A DNA stretch of 55,996 nt from Eubacteriales bacterium (GTDB lineage: Bacteria; Bacillota; Clostridia; Oscillospirales; UMGS1783). A program made the position numbers and the translations under genes. Shown piece after piece: positions 1 to 9,112 of the stretch (its first letter is position 1; each line of letters begins with the position of its first letter). Below the pieces are notes generated by a model that saw only the letters and a list, made by a program, of their open reading frames with translations, did not search any database and had not been told where the DNA came from. The stretch lies in contig JAZQVM010000024.1 of assembly GCA_045631845.1 (NCBI GenBank), positions 1 through 55,996 of the forward strand, read 5' to 3'.

Positions 1-81
1 CTTGTTGTGCAGGTCGTCCAGATAGCGGTAATAGCGGGGGAGACGATGGATGACAGCATCAGAGATCTTCTGCTTTTTCAT
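1..81 (-). CDS. rex: Redox-sensing transcriptional repressor Rex, N-terminal 27 codons (continues beyond window start)
   Basis: Manual translation MKKQKISDAVIHRLPRYYRYLDDLHNK matches the Rex N-terminal 'RLPRYYRYL' motif; absent from the ORF track because it is truncated. Confidence 0.92.
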   Translation of the reverse strand, partial: MKKQKISDAVIHRLPRYYRYLDDLHNK

Positions 82-166
82 AAGTCATAAACCGTCCTTT
101 GTCGAAATTTCGAGGAGTGACGTGCGAATGGATTACCAATAGTGCGCAGATACTCTTCTGAAGGCT

Positions 167-195
167 ATTATACCTCACGAGAATCAACTTGTCAA
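167..195 (-). promoter_or_regulatory. SigA-type promoter of rex
   Basis: Minus strand TTGACA (190-195), 17 nt, TATAAT (167-172): perfect consensus. Confidence 0.8.
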
Positions 196-227
196 ATTTT
201 TTAACAATCTTTTCGGGAAAATTTCCC

Positions 228-256
228 TTTACTTTGACAAAGCGAGTTGATATAAT
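228..256 (+). promoter_or_regulatory. SigA-type promoter of tRNA-Arg
   Basis: TTTACT, 17 nt, TATAAT with extended TG, 30 nt upstream of the tRNA. Confidence 0.6.
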
Positions 257-286
257 GTGCAAGTACGCAATTTCAAAAGTGCATAT

Positions 287-363
287 GCGCCCGTAGCTCA
301 GTTGGATAGAGTGTCAGACTCCGACTCTGAAGGTCGCTGGTTCGAATCCAGTCGGGCGTACCA
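287..363 (+). tRNA. tRNA-Arg (anticodon CCG)
   Basis: GCGCCCG acceptor stem, TAGCTCAGTTGGATAGAG D arm, TCAGA-CTCCGAC-TCTGA anticodon arm, GGTTCGAATCC T arm, encoded CCA. Confidence 0.96.
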
Positions 364-395
364 AAAATCCCGAATGCGTAAGCGTTCGGGATTTT
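363..395 (+). terminator. Intrinsic terminator after tRNA-Arg
   Basis: AAAATCCCGAATGC-GTAA-GCGTTCGGGATTTT hairpin. Confidence 0.7.
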
Positions 396-476
396 ACTTA
401 TTCACTATTCACTTTTCACTCTTCACTAATTTCGCATTCGGGATTTTTGAAAGTAAGAAGTAATAGTGAATAAGTA
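395..476. repeat. Short element with 15-bp inverted ends and internal TTCACTN heptamer repeats
   Basis: TACTTATTCACTATT (395-409) is the reverse complement of 462-476; TTCACT at 401, 408, 415, 422. Confidence 0.75.
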
Positions 477-498
477 TATTTGATAAGACTTTACTGTT

Positions 499-566
499 CC
501 GCATAGCCGCCCAAACTCACCGCATAAAGCGAATCCATTGACACTGGCAATCCTCACGAATACAAT
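499..566 (+). promoter_or_regulatory. LytTR-type direct-repeat operator plus promoter
   Basis: CCGCATA at 499 and 520 (21-bp period), then TTGACA (538-543), 17 nt, TACAAT (561-566). Confidence 0.72.
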
Positions 567-589
567 GGGTTTATAGAAAGGAGGAGAAA

Positions 590-1021
590 ATGAAATATAA
601 AATTGAAATCGTAGAAAATCAAAAGGAAGATATACTCATTTCTGCCAAAGCCCAAACCGATACCCTCCGTAAAATCGAAGCGCTTTTAGAAGCGCAACAA
701 GGGGAACTGTTTGGCTATGCAAAGGGAGATACCGTGAAATTAGAGGTGGAGAATGTCTATTGCTTCTTTATCGAGTCAGGCAAGGTCTATGCATTGACCG
801 ATAACGAAAAATTTCAGCTCAAAGATCGGCTCTATCAACTTGAACAGCAGTATGCAAAGTCTTTTGTCAAGATCAATCAATCCTGCTTAATTAACCTCTC
901 CCAAATAGCAAAATTTCAATCTTCCATCGGCGGTTCTCTTTCAGTCATTCTGAAAAATGGCTATCACGATTATATCTCCAGACGACAATTGCGGTCTGTA
1001 AAAGAAAGGATGGGATTCTAA
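590..1021 (+). CDS. LytTR family stand-alone transcriptional regulator (no receiver domain)
   Basis: FVKINQSCLINL and ISRR LytTR motifs; RBS AGGAGGAG. Confidence 0.9.
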   Translation: MKYKIEIVENQKEDILISAKAQTDTLRKIEALLEAQQGELFGYAKGDTVKLEVENVYCFFIESGKVYALTDNEKFQLKDRLYQLEQQYAKSFVKINQSCLINLSQIAKFQSSIGGSLSVILKNGYHDYISRRQLRSVKERMGF

Positions 1022-1443
1022 TGAATCAATATGTAAAAAGTTTTTTGCATCGTGGCTTGATCTTCGGCGGATTTGGCCCCGTTGTAGCCGGTATTATCTA
1101 TGTGATTTTAGATCGTTGTGTGCCTAACGTTACTACCAGCGGTACCGATCTGTTTATCATCATTGTTTCTACCTATCTGCTTGCCTTCGTTCATGCAGGA
1201 GCCAGTATCTTTAATCAAATTGAGCATTGGCCCATTGCCAAATCCCTGCTGTGTCATTTCGGTTGCCTCTATGTCGCCTACCTGCTGTGCTATATTGTCA
1301 ATCGTTGGATCGCTTTTGATCCCATGGTTGTATTGATCTTCAGTGCCATCTTTCTCGTTGTCTATTTTGCGGTTTGGCTTACCGTTTATACCGTCATAAA
1401 AACTACCGAGAAAAGACTCAATTCCAAGATCAAACCATTGTGA
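1021..1443 (+). CDS. DUF3021-type membrane protein, putative LytTR regulatory system inhibitor
   Basis: Four hydrophobic segments, 'IEHWPIAKSLLCHF' motif, coupled to the LytTR gene by a TAATG overlap. Confidence 0.8.
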   Translation: MNQYVKSFLHRGLIFGGFGPVVAGIIYVILDRCVPNVTTSGTDLFIIIVSTYLLAFVHAGASIFNQIEHWPIAKSLLCHFGCLYVAYLLCYIVNRWIAFDPMVVLIFSAIFLVVYFAVWLTVYTVIKTTEKRLNSKIKPL

Positions 1444-1484
1444 TTTTTATTGTGGCATGATATAATCGTCATGGGGGTGATACC

Positions 1485-2315
1485 TTGTATTGCGATCTGC
1501 ATACCCACTCGAATGTTTCAGACGGCACCTTTACGCCGTCCCAATTGGTGGAATTGGCCAAACAAACCAACCGTGTCATAGCCTTAACCGATCATAATAC
1601 CGTTGCCGGCCTGCCCGAATTTATGAGTCTGGCGCAAACTATAGGAGTAACCGCCGTGGGTGGCGTCGAACTTTCTACCGAGTATGAGGGAAAAGAGTTA
1701 CACCTTCTTGGTCTGTTTGTGTCACAGCCCTATTATGATACCATCGAAAACTGGACACAGGATTTTCGCATGCGCAAGCAGATCAGCAATCGGCAAACGA
1801 TCGAACGCCTGCGAAAGGGCGGTTATGTCATGGATTATGACGATATTATCCAAAGAAACGGCTTGTATATCAACCGTGCCCATATCGCCGACGCCCTCTG
1901 CCGCGGTGGCTATGTCGCTTCGATCAAGGAAGCCTTTGATACCCTCTTAGGGGAAGAACACGGCTATTACATCCCGCCCGTACGCCCCTCCTTTTTTGAT
2001 GCCTTGGATTTTTTGCGGCAGGTGAAGACGATACCCGTTTTAGCTCATCCCCTCAAAGATATGGAAGATAAGCCCTTGTGCCGGCTATTGGAAAAGGCAG
2101 TACCCAAGGGACTGGTCGGTATGGAGATTTACCATTCTTCTTATACCGAAGCCCAAAGCAAAACCGCCGCCGAGATCGCCAAGACTTACGCCTTGCTCCC
2201 CAGCGGCGGCAGTGATTTCCACGGCAACCGTAAAGCCAATATTCCCTTCGGGTATCCTGAGATTCCTCGTCAGATCTACGACGATCTGTTACAATATAAA
2301 ATATCAGTTTTTTAA
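1485..2315 (+). CDS. PHP domain metal-dependent phosphoesterase (TrpH/YciV-like)
   Basis: DLHTHS-SDG, ALTDH, LAHP and GGSDFHG motifs; TTG start with GGGGTG RBS. Confidence 0.9.
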   Translation: MYCDLHTHSNVSDGTFTPSQLVELAKQTNRVIALTDHNTVAGLPEFMSLAQTIGVTAVGGVELSTEYEGKELHLLGLFVSQPYYDTIENWTQDFRMRKQISNRQTIERLRKGGYVMDYDDIIQRNGLYINRAHIADALCRGGYVASIKEAFDTLLGEEHGYYIPPVRPSFFDALDFLRQVKTIPVLAHPLKDMEDKPLCRLLEKAVPKGLVGMEIYHSSYTEAQSKTAAEIAKTYALLPSGGSDFHGNRKANIPFGYPEIPRQIYDDLLQYKISVF

Positions 2316-2816
2316 GAAAGTCGTATTGGAGCGTGGTTGCGGGTTAAAATTGTAGCCACGCTCATTCATTTGCGCCATCTTGATCAGCACCAGATTAATG
2401 TCGGTGTCTAACTGCATCGAGGTCTGCAGAACGTCGCATCCCTCCATGGCGCACTCGGCCACACTCTCATCATCTAATAACAGAGCGGCCGCAAACAGAT
2501 TGGCTTCATATTCGGGACGGGAATTCATATCATATAGCATGAATTCCTGTATAATACTGCTGGTCGCCAACGGGCGGTGCAGTTGGTCATGCCCCAGTTC
2601 ATGTGCGCATACAATCCGTCTGGTCTTTTCGTCTAGATTTCCGCTTAAAAAGATATACCGCTCCCCTAAAATGACTCGGTACATCCCCTTGAGTGACACA
2701 AAATTATCTACAATCTTAATATGTGCCCCAAGGCCCTCGGCAATCGCAAAGGGATCCCGCGTGCCGAATCGGTCTACCAAATCCTGCGCCAAATGGTGTA
2801 TGTACTGTTGCGCCAT
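2304..2816 (-). CDS. ImmA/IrrE family metallo-endopeptidase
   Basis: AHELGH (HEXXH) and EYEANLFAA motifs; start placed at MAQQY just after the upstream XRE stop. Confidence 0.88.
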   Translation of the reverse strand: MAQQYIHHLAQDLVDRFGTRDPFAIAEGLGAHIKIVDNFVSLKGMYRVILGERYIFLSGNLDEKTRRIVCAHELGHDQLHRPLATSSIIQEFMLYDMNSRPEYEANLFAAALLLDDESVAECAMEGCDVLQTSMQLDTDINLVLIKMAQMNERGYNFNPQPRSNTTFLKN

Positions 2817-2818
2817 GC

Positions 2819-3202
2819 TTATCCCTGCTTCTTGCCGTTGCGAGCCTTGGCATCCCAATAGGCTTCCATAATCGCCTGCATGACAGCGTCTTTATCGTCC
2901 TCGCTCAGTTCACCGCCGGCAAATAACCCGCCCACGGCGTTGACCAATTCCATGGCCTGCAGGGCAGAGCGACCGCCAAGTTTTGCCGCCGCATTGATAA
3001 ACAGATCCTCATCGCTGAGCATCGATTCGCTCGTTTCATTAAAAATCGTACCAATATGAACCAATACATCAGCCGTAGGGATTCGTTCGCATTTTTCATA
3101 GCGTTGCACCGTGCGCAACGATACGCCAAGCATGTTCGCCAGATCGGTCTGGCTTAAATGTGCACCTTCCCGCAACTGTCGTATCTTTTCTCCACATCTC
3201 AT
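2819..3202 (-). CDS. XRE family HTH repressor (ImmR-like)
   Basis: GEKIRQLR...LSQTDLANMLGVSLRTVQRYE HTH_3 motif; C-terminal 'GGELSEDDKDAVM' typical of ImmA-paired repressors. Confidence 0.88.
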   Translation of the reverse strand: MRCGEKIRQLREGAHLSQTDLANMLGVSLRTVQRYEKCERIPTADVLVHIGTIFNETSESMLSDEDLFINAAAKLGGRSALQAMELVNAVGGLFAGGELSEDDKDAVMQAIMEAYWDAKARNGKKQG

Positions 3203-3227
3203 ATTTTCGTGCTCCCTTTATTATCTA

Positions 3228-3275
3228 TGACCATACGGTCACTTATAGAATAAACCAATCGGTCATATTTGTCAA
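3228..3275 (-). promoter_or_regulatory. Promoter of the XRE-ImmA operon with two palindromic operator candidates
   Basis: Minus strand TTGACA (3270-3275), 17 nt, TATTCT (3247-3252); TGACC-N4-GGTCA at 3228-3241 and AAACC-N4-GGTCA at 3252-3265. Confidence 0.6.
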
Positions 3276-3283
3276 GAAAAAGT

Positions 3284-3309
3284 TTGCCGGAAGATTACTC
3301 TTCCGGCAA
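3284..3309 (-). terminator. Intrinsic terminator after the ATPase gene
   Basis: TTGCCGGAAGA-TTAC-TCTTCCGGCAA hairpin with adjacent A/T tracts. Confidence 0.7.
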
Positions 3310-3312
3310 TTT

Positions 3313-4371
3313 TCAGGATAAAATCTGTGCCATCAATGTCTGCGTATAGGCATTAAGAGCGGAATAATCAATTGTGCCTTTATAAAATTCTTCTAAACAA
3401 TCATGTTCCTTGTGACAGGTCGAAAGCAGATCGCAAGCCTCTTTCAGGATCTCATCCCGACTGCGCCGCAGAAAACCGAGCTTTTCTTTATGCTGTCCCT
3501 CGATTGCCGTGTCCAAAAAACGGGATGCATTAATGCGGCAATAGGGTTGTGCCTCCATTTTGTGCATACTGTTGGATAGGCAAAGCATCAACCCCGCATC
3601 AGGCAAAATCAACTGGGTCAATTGATCGGGAATCAGGGGAGAATATCCGCTGATGATGCGATGATTGGCCTTGATGGCACGCAACCGCACCACCTCTAAC
3701 ATGCGGGAAAGAATTCCATATTCATCCTCCAGCACCAACTGCCGCTCAATCCCCCTGCCGTTCGGCGGATAAAAGGTAACTCCCTGCGGCGTAAATGCTG
3801 AAAAGAACCGTCTTTCTTCGATTGCCGCACCGATGCGCGGCCGGATATAGCGGGCACATAGCCGATCGGTGTATCCACGCAACTTGGCGCGGTTGAGCAA
3901 AGCCGAGCCAATACTCGTCAAATCCCTCTGCAATCGCCCCGCTGCTCCTAAGTAAAGATAAATGCGAGAGTATAAATTATGAATGGTCTGGTTTACCTTT
4001 TTAATCTGTGCCGTCTGCGCCGTCAATAATTCATGATCCCAAAATTGATATAGGTCTATTAACCGCCCCACGGCCCCCGGCAACGGCGGCTCTACCACAT
4101 GCGGCGGCGTGCCGTCAAGTATGCAGGTGTTGGTCTGTGTAATGTAAACGGCATCTAAGGAATCCGGATCGGAGGAGCAATGGAGTAGTTCTACATCATA
4201 CCCCTTTTCGCAAGCGCCTTGTGCTACTTTTCGCATCAGTGTGCTCTTGCCGGTACCCGGCCCGCCTTTAATCACAAAAACACGGGTGCGCCCCTCGACA
4301 AAATCTCGATAAAAGGAAGCAAAGCCCGATTCGCTGTTTACCCCTAAAAAACTTTCGCCGATAATACCCAT
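3313..4371 (-). CDS. P-loop NTPase (PRK06851/YyaC-neighbour type, spore-former associated)
   Basis: IKGGPGTGKST Walker A, CSSDPDSLD and DGTPPH motifs; start at MGIIG after GGAGTG. Confidence 0.8.
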   Translation of the reverse strand: MGIIGESFLGVNSESGFASFYRDFVEGRTRVFVIKGGPGTGKSTLMRKVAQGACEKGYDVELLHCSSDPDSLDAVYITQTNTCILDGTPPHVVEPPLPGAVGRLIDLYQFWDHELLTAQTAQIKKVNQTIHNLYSRIYLYLGAAGRLQRDLTSIGSALLNRAKLRGYTDRLCARYIRPRIGAAIEERRFFSAFTPQGVTFYPPNGRGIERQLVLEDEYGILSRMLEVVRLRAIKANHRIISGYSPLIPDQLTQLILPDAGLMLCLSNSMHKMEAQPYCRINASRFLDTAIEGQHKEKLGFLRRSRDEILKEACDLLSTCHKEHDCLEEFYKGTIDYSALNAYTQTLMAQILS

Positions 4372-4475
4372 CTGTTTCACTCCCAAGAAAATTGATCTTG
4401 ATACATTTTATTGGGAAAGCCTTGTATTTGTTACCGGCCTTGTGGTATAATAAACAAAATCACGGAGGTGATCTC

Positions 4476-5015
4476 ATGCTCGAAGGCGGAAGACTTCATG
4501 AAAAAGAGGATGTAAAAATCCTAATTCTATATACCCTAAGCAAACTCAACCGTGCTATTCCTACCCGCGCCATGGTCGATCTCTTTCTCAATTCCGAGAT
4601 CGTGGAGTATTTCACCCTTAAGGAAGCCATTGATGAATTGATCGGCACCGGCCATATCGCTGTCGATGTTGAAGAAGGTGTCACCGTCCTGACTCGTCTT
4701 GGATACGAAGCGGTCAAGGAATTGGCGCCCCGCCTGCCTGTCTGGGCGCGTGACCGTGTCATTCAAGGCGCAATGGAACTGCTCAGTAAAGTGGATCGCA
4801 GAAGCGGTACCCATGTCCGTACCTTTGAAAGGGACGGCCAGTACATCGCCGAATGTTCGCTGACCGACGGGGAAGACCTGCTCTTTAAATTGGAGATCGC
4901 CCTGCCCTCGCAGGAATTTGCTTTTTCCACCGGTGAAAATTTCAGGGATAACGCTGCCGACATCTATCGGATGCTCCTGCAAAAACTCTCCGGCCCCTAC
5001 CAAAATAACTTCTAA
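4476..5015 (+). CDS. DUF4364 family protein
   Basis: KILILY...YFTL.EA..EL winged-helix-like N-terminus typical of DUF4364; RBS GGAGGTG. Confidence 0.75.
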   Translation: MLEGGRLHEKEDVKILILYTLSKLNRAIPTRAMVDLFLNSEIVEYFTLKEAIDELIGTGHIAVDVEEGVTVLTRLGYEAVKELAPRLPVWARDRVIQGAMELLSKVDRRSGTHVRTFERDGQYIAECSLTDGEDLLFKLEIALPSQEFAFSTGENFRDNAADIYRMLLQKLSGPYQNNF

Positions 5016-5044
5016 AAAAATCCACCCGTATGGGTGGATTTTTC
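5015..5044. terminator. Bidirectional intrinsic terminator
   Basis: AAAAAATCCACCC-GTAT-GGGTGGATTTTT between convergent genes. Confidence 0.75.
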
Positions 5045-6052
5045 TTATAATAATCGGATACCGGCCTTTTCGCAGGCCGCCATTGTGTCTCTGTCCCAAA
5101 TGCTCGATTGCACTTCACCAATATGAGCGCAACCCATCATCAGCATACTCAGTCGGGACTGCCCGATACCGCCGCCAATGGTCAACGGCAATTCATTATT
5201 TAATAGCATCTTATGGAAGGGAAGAGAACGTCGATCGTCACAACCCGCAATGCGCAACTGCCGATCCAGTGACTCGGCATCCACTCGGATACCCATCGAG
5301 GAAATCTCCAATGCCCGCCCCAGTACATCATTCCAAAAGAAGATGTCACAGTTGAGCGACCAATCATCATAGTCGGGCGCCCGTCCGTCATGCGGCTTGC
5401 CCGAACGTAAAGCCCCGCCGATCTGCATAATGCATACCGTGCGATGCTCCTTAGCAATAGCACTCTCCCGCTCGGATCCGCTCAGATCGGGATACCGATC
5501 TTCCAACTCCTGCGTCGTGATAAAGGTAACCTCACGCTCCAATTCCACTCGCAGTTGCGGAAACCGCACATGCAATCGATCGTTGGTATCGCAAATGGCT
5601 CTCACAATGGCCCGTACAATCAATTTCAGATAGTCCAGATTGCGGTTCTCCTTGGTGATTACCTTTTCCCAGTCCCATTGATCCACGTAAATGGAATGGA
5701 TGTTATCTAAATCCTCGTCACGCCGAATGGCGTTCATATCGGTGTATAAACCGTTGCCAATATCAAAATGATACCGTTTCAGCGCCAGCCGCTTCCACTT
5801 GGCCAAGGAATGCACCACCTGCGCCTCTGCGCCCACAGCAGGCACATCAAAGGATACCGGCCGTTCGTAGCCGTTAAGATTATCATTAAGGCCCGAATCT
5901 TCGGTAACAAATAACGGTGCCGAAACACGCTTTAGGTTAAGCGCCGCCGAGAACTCCTCTTGAAAGGTCTCCTTGATATAGGAGATGGCCCGCTGGGTGT
6001 CATAAACATCCAGTACCGGTGCATAGCCGTCGGGAATGTAGATCTTGTTCAT
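5045..6052 (-). CDS. asnA: Aspartate--ammonia ligase
   Basis: [27 protein letters not shown] and [10 protein letters not shown] motifs. Confidence 0.96.
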   Translation of the reverse strand: MNKIYIPDGYAPVLDVYDTQRAISYIKETFQEEFSAALNLKRVSAPLFVTEDSGLNDNLNGYERPVSFDVPAVGAEAQVVHSLAKWKRLALKRYHFDIGNGLYTDMNAIRRDEDLDNIHSIYVDQWDWEKVITKENRNLDYLKLIVRAIVRAICDTNDRLHVRFPQLRVELEREVTFITTQELEDRYPDLSGSERESAIAKEHRTVCIMQIGGALRSGKPHDGRAPDYDDWSLNCDIFFWNDVLGRALEISSMGIRVDAESLDRQLRIAGCDDRRSLPFHKMLLNNELPLTIGGGIGQSRLSMLMMGCAHIGEVQSSIWDRDTMAACEKAGIRLL

Positions 6053-6053
6053 C

Positions 6054-6491
6054 TTATCTTACCTTGATCTTACCTACGATCTTTTTGCAGGCCACAGGCT
6101 GATCCTTCATGTCACCGGGCATGTGCACATCCTGCGGATACAGCACCATAAAATACCCCGGCTTCATGGCTACACGATCCACGTCGCAGTCATAAAACCA
6201 GCAATCCTTGCCTTCTTTGCAGTCAACGGCAACCATGTCCTCGGTCAGCGGTGCTACGCCGATGTATTCCTCACCCTCAACCATTATCTGGATGTCAATG
6301 TAATCCCGATGCGCTTCGCTAAGCGTCTTGGCCGAGGACTCATATTCGTTTACCACATAGAAATCTTCGCCATCCAGCTCATGCCGTCCCGCCGTCAACG
6401 CCGAAAAATCCTGCGAGGCAAAAAACTGCAAAGCCGGGTAAACCGAAAGTCCCTTATAGGAATCAATGTTTTTCAAACTGTCAAAAATCAT
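6054..6491 (-). CDS. YhcH/YjgK/YiaL family protein
   Basis: MIFDSL start, [19 protein letters not shown] and KKIVGKI motifs. Confidence 0.88.
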   Translation of the reverse strand: MIFDSLKNIDSYKGLSVYPALQFFASQDFSALTAGRHELDGEDFYVVNEYESSAKTLSEAHRDYIDIQIMVEGEEYIGVAPLTEDMVAVDCKEGKDCWFYDCDVDRVAMKPGYFMVLYPQDVHMPGDMKDQPVACKKIVGKIKVR

Positions 6492-6520
6492 GATGATCTT
6501 CTCCTGTGTCTTCAAGTGTA

Positions 6521-6552
6521 GAAAAGGCACTTGCTTTCGCAAGTGCCTTTTC
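6521..6552 (-). terminator. Terminator-like hairpin after tRNA-Leu
   Basis: GAAAAGGCACTTGC-TTTC-GCAAGTGCCTTTTC. Confidence 0.7.
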
Positions 6553-6639
6553 TGGTGCCGGTGGTGGGAGTCGAACCCACACGATGTCACCACCAACGGA
6601 TTTTGAGTCCGTCACGTCTACCAATTCCATCACACCGGC
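6553..6639 (-). tRNA. tRNA-Leu (anticodon CAA)
   Basis: Reverse complement GCCGGTGTGATGGAATTGGTAGAC...ACGGA-CTCAAAA-TCCGT, long variable arm, GGTTCGACTCC, CCA; 87 nt. Confidence 0.96.
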
Positions 6640-6691
6640 GGATAATACCTTACTATTATAAGGCATTATTTCCATTTGTGCAAGTGTTTTT

Positions 6692-9055
6692 TTATATTTT
6701 TTGCAAGTTTGCGTAATTTGCCATAATTTTCTTAGTCTGCGACCCAAATTGAATCTCCAACATGCAGTCATTGGCCATCGGCTTAACCGAAAGTATAGTG
6801 CCCACACCGAATACTCGGTGCTTCACCTGCTCTCCAACCACATACTGCACCACAGGCGCACTGACTTTGGTTGCCGGTCGGGCATTGGCCGCCTGCCGCA
6901 AGGTAAAGGCGGGCGTGTTCTGCGGGCTTAGATTTCTCGCCCGTTGCTCGGCCTGCCGCTCACCCTCGGGCGCCCCGCTCTTGATGTATAATTCCTGCGG
7001 AATCTCATCAATAAATCGTGACATCTGCGGATACAGCGTCGTGCCGTATAGCATACGCATACGGGTGTAGAGCAGGGTAAGGGTTTTCTTAGCTCGGGTA
7101 ATGCCCACATAGCATAACCGCCGCTCCTCCTCAATCCCGCCTTCTTCATCCAAAGACATCGAGGACGGGAATAATCCCTCCTCCATGCCGGGTAAAAAGA
7201 CATGATTGAATTCCAGTCCCTTAGCCGTGTGCATCGTCATTAAGGCCACACTCTCATCTGCCTGCTCATAATCATCCGCATCGCTCAGCAGAGAAGTGCG
7301 CTCTAAAAATCCAAACAGGGTCGGGTTTTCCTCGCCCTGCATGTATCGCACAATGGCCGAGTTAAGTTCGGTAATGTTCTCAATGCGATCTTCAAAACTC
7401 TCGTCACTCTTAATCGCCTCGGCATATCCCGTCCGCTCCAATACCTCATCAATGAGGGTGTTGAGCGGATTACACTCGTTGTAGGCAATCAAATCTACCA
7501 TCATCATGGCAAAAGCCTTTAGCTTTTCCCTCGCCCGTGAAAGGGTGGGGTACTCATCGGCTCGACGGCAAACCTCCAGCATCGAAATATTTTCCGCTTC
7601 GGCCACCGCCGCAATTGCCGCCACCGTTGTGTCCCCAATGGCACGCTTGGGCTCATTGATGATACGCCGCAACCGCAGATCATCTGTCTGGTTAACAATT
7701 AAGCACAGATAGGACATGATATCCTTAACTTCCTTGCGGTCAAAGAAGCTCTGCCCGCCAATCACCCGAGCAGGGATTCGATGGGAACGCATCGCCCCTT
7801 CAACGGCTCGGCTCTGTGCATTGGTTCGGTACAAAACGGCGCACTCGTTGTAGGGTACTCCCTGCCCGTTATGTAATTTCTCAATGGCGGCCGCAATCGT
7901 ATCCGCCTCGTGTCCTTCATCGTAAGCACAGCATACCGAAATGGTCTGCCCCTTGCCGTTTTCCGTCCATAACGACTTGCTCTTGCGCCCCACATTGTTG
8001 GCAATTACATGATTGGCCGCATCCAGAATGGTCTGGGTCGAACGGTAATTGCGCTCCAGTTTGATGACGGTAGCGTTATCAAACCGCTCCTCAAACATGA
8101 GGATATTCTCAATGGTCGCCCCGCGGAACCGATAAATGCTCTGATCGTCGTCGCCCACCACGCACAGATTGCCGTCCTTCTTGCGAAGCAGGGAAACCAG
8201 CTGGTATTGTAACGGGTTGGTGTCCTGATACTCGTCCACCAGTACATGATCAAACCGATTCATCCACATCTGCCGTGTCTCGGGGAAATCTTGCAAAATC
8301 CGCACGGTCAGCAGAATTATATCATCAAAATCCAAGGCATTGGCCTTCTTCAGAGCCAAGCAATAGGATTCGTAAAGGCTGGCAATCTGCTTCATGCGAG
8401 GCACCATTTCATATTGTTTGCGCATCTCATCGGGTGTCACGCAGGAGTTCTTGGCGTTGCTGATGATGGACAGCACATTCTTCGGAGCATATAACTTCTC
8501 ATCCAAGCCGTGCTTGGAAATGCAATCCTTAATCACCCGTCGGGAATCGGTGGTGTCATAAATGGTAAAGGAACGGTCATACCCTAATTTCTCAATTTCC
8601 TGCCGCAGGATGCGCACGCACGCACTGTGGAAGGTCGCCGCCCAAATATCCAGCCCCGCACTACCCAGTTTTTGCTCCAAACGGGTTTTGAGTTCGGCTG
8701 CCGCCTTGTTGGTAAAGGTAATGGCTAAAATCTTCCACGGCAAAATGGGCGCAAAACGGATAAGTTCCGTCACCCGTGCCGTAAGAAGCGGATCGGGTGC
8801 GGCGGCATATCGAGCCATAGCCGTCAGATCCTCCATCGTCAAATCAGACGGAACGTGCTCACTGTGATAGGTGTTGCCGTAGCGGATGAGATATTCAATG
8901 CGGGATACAATCACCGTCGTCTTTCCCGAACCGGCACCTGCCAAAATCAAAAGCGGCCCGTCGGGCGCAAAAACGGCACGGCGCTGCTCGGGATTGAGAA
9001 ATCCGTATTCCCGATTGAGTATCTGTTTTTTCAGAGCAAGAAAACGTTCCTTCAT
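6692..9055 (-). CDS. pcrA: ATP-dependent DNA helicase PcrA/UvrD
   Basis: LAGAGSGKT, TFTNKAA, VDEYQDTN, VGDDDQSIYRFRGA, NYRST, MHTAKGLEF and EERRLCYVGITRA motifs; C-terminal Tudor-like HRVFG. Confidence 0.96.
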   Translation of the reverse strand: MKERFLALKKQILNREYGFLNPEQRRAVFAPDGPLLILAGAGSGKTTVIVSRIEYLIRYGNTYHSEHVPSDLTMEDLTAMARYAAAPDPLLTARVTELIRFAPILPWKILAITFTNKAAAELKTRLEQKLGSAGLDIWAATFHSACVRILRQEIEKLGYDRSFTIYDTTDSRRVIKDCISKHGLDEKLYAPKNVLSIISNAKNSCVTPDEMRKQYEMVPRMKQIASLYESYCLALKKANALDFDDIILLTVRILQDFPETRQMWMNRFDHVLVDEYQDTNPLQYQLVSLLRKKDGNLCVVGDDDQSIYRFRGATIENILMFEERFDNATVIKLERNYRSTQTILDAANHVIANNVGRKSKSLWTENGKGQTISVCCAYDEGHEADTIAAAIEKLHNGQGVPYNECAVLYRTNAQSRAVEGAMRSHRIPARVIGGQSFFDRKEVKDIMSYLCLIVNQTDDLRLRRIINEPKRAIGDTTVAAIAAVAEAENISMLEVCRRADEYPTLSRAREKLKAFAMMMVDLIAYNECNPLNTLIDEVLERTGYAEAIKSDESFEDRIENITELNSAIVRYMQGEENPTLFGFLERTSLLSDADDYEQADESVALMTMHTAKGLEFNHVFLPGMEEGLFPSSMSLDEEGGIEEERRLCYVGITRAKKTLTLLYTRMRMLYGTTLYPQMSRFIDEIPQELYIKSGAPEGERQAEQRARNLSPQNTPAFTLRQAANARPATKVSAPVVQYVVGEQVKHRVFGVGTILSVKPMANDCMLEIQFGSQTKKIMANYANLQKI

Positions 9056-9075
9056 TTTTTCCTCCATCGATAAGT

Positions 9076-9112
9076 AAAAATCGGCAAGCGTTACAAACGC
9101 TCGCCGATTTTT
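9076..9112 (-). terminator. Hairpin after tRNA-Lys, immediately before the pcrA RBS
   Basis: AAAAATCGGCAAGCG-TTACAAA-CGCTCGCCGATTTTT. Confidence 0.65.

Noticed and set aside
189-207. TTGTCAA-N5-TTAACAA as a Rex autoregulatory site
   Set aside because: The spacer is 5 nt rather than the canonical 4, and the left half is simply the -35 box; possible but not supportable.
59-463. ORFs 59..262 (-) and 257..463 (+)
   Set aside because: They overlap the promoters and tRNA-Arg; the real coding sequence here is rex in another frame.
6492-6807. N-terminal extension of the yhcH ORF and small ORFs over tRNA-Leu
   Set aside because: They read through the tRNA and its terminator.
8750-8880. Insertion of about 45 aa in PcrA after motif I
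   Set aside because: In frame, no intein motifs; I recall similar insertions in related Clostridia, so not treated as novel.
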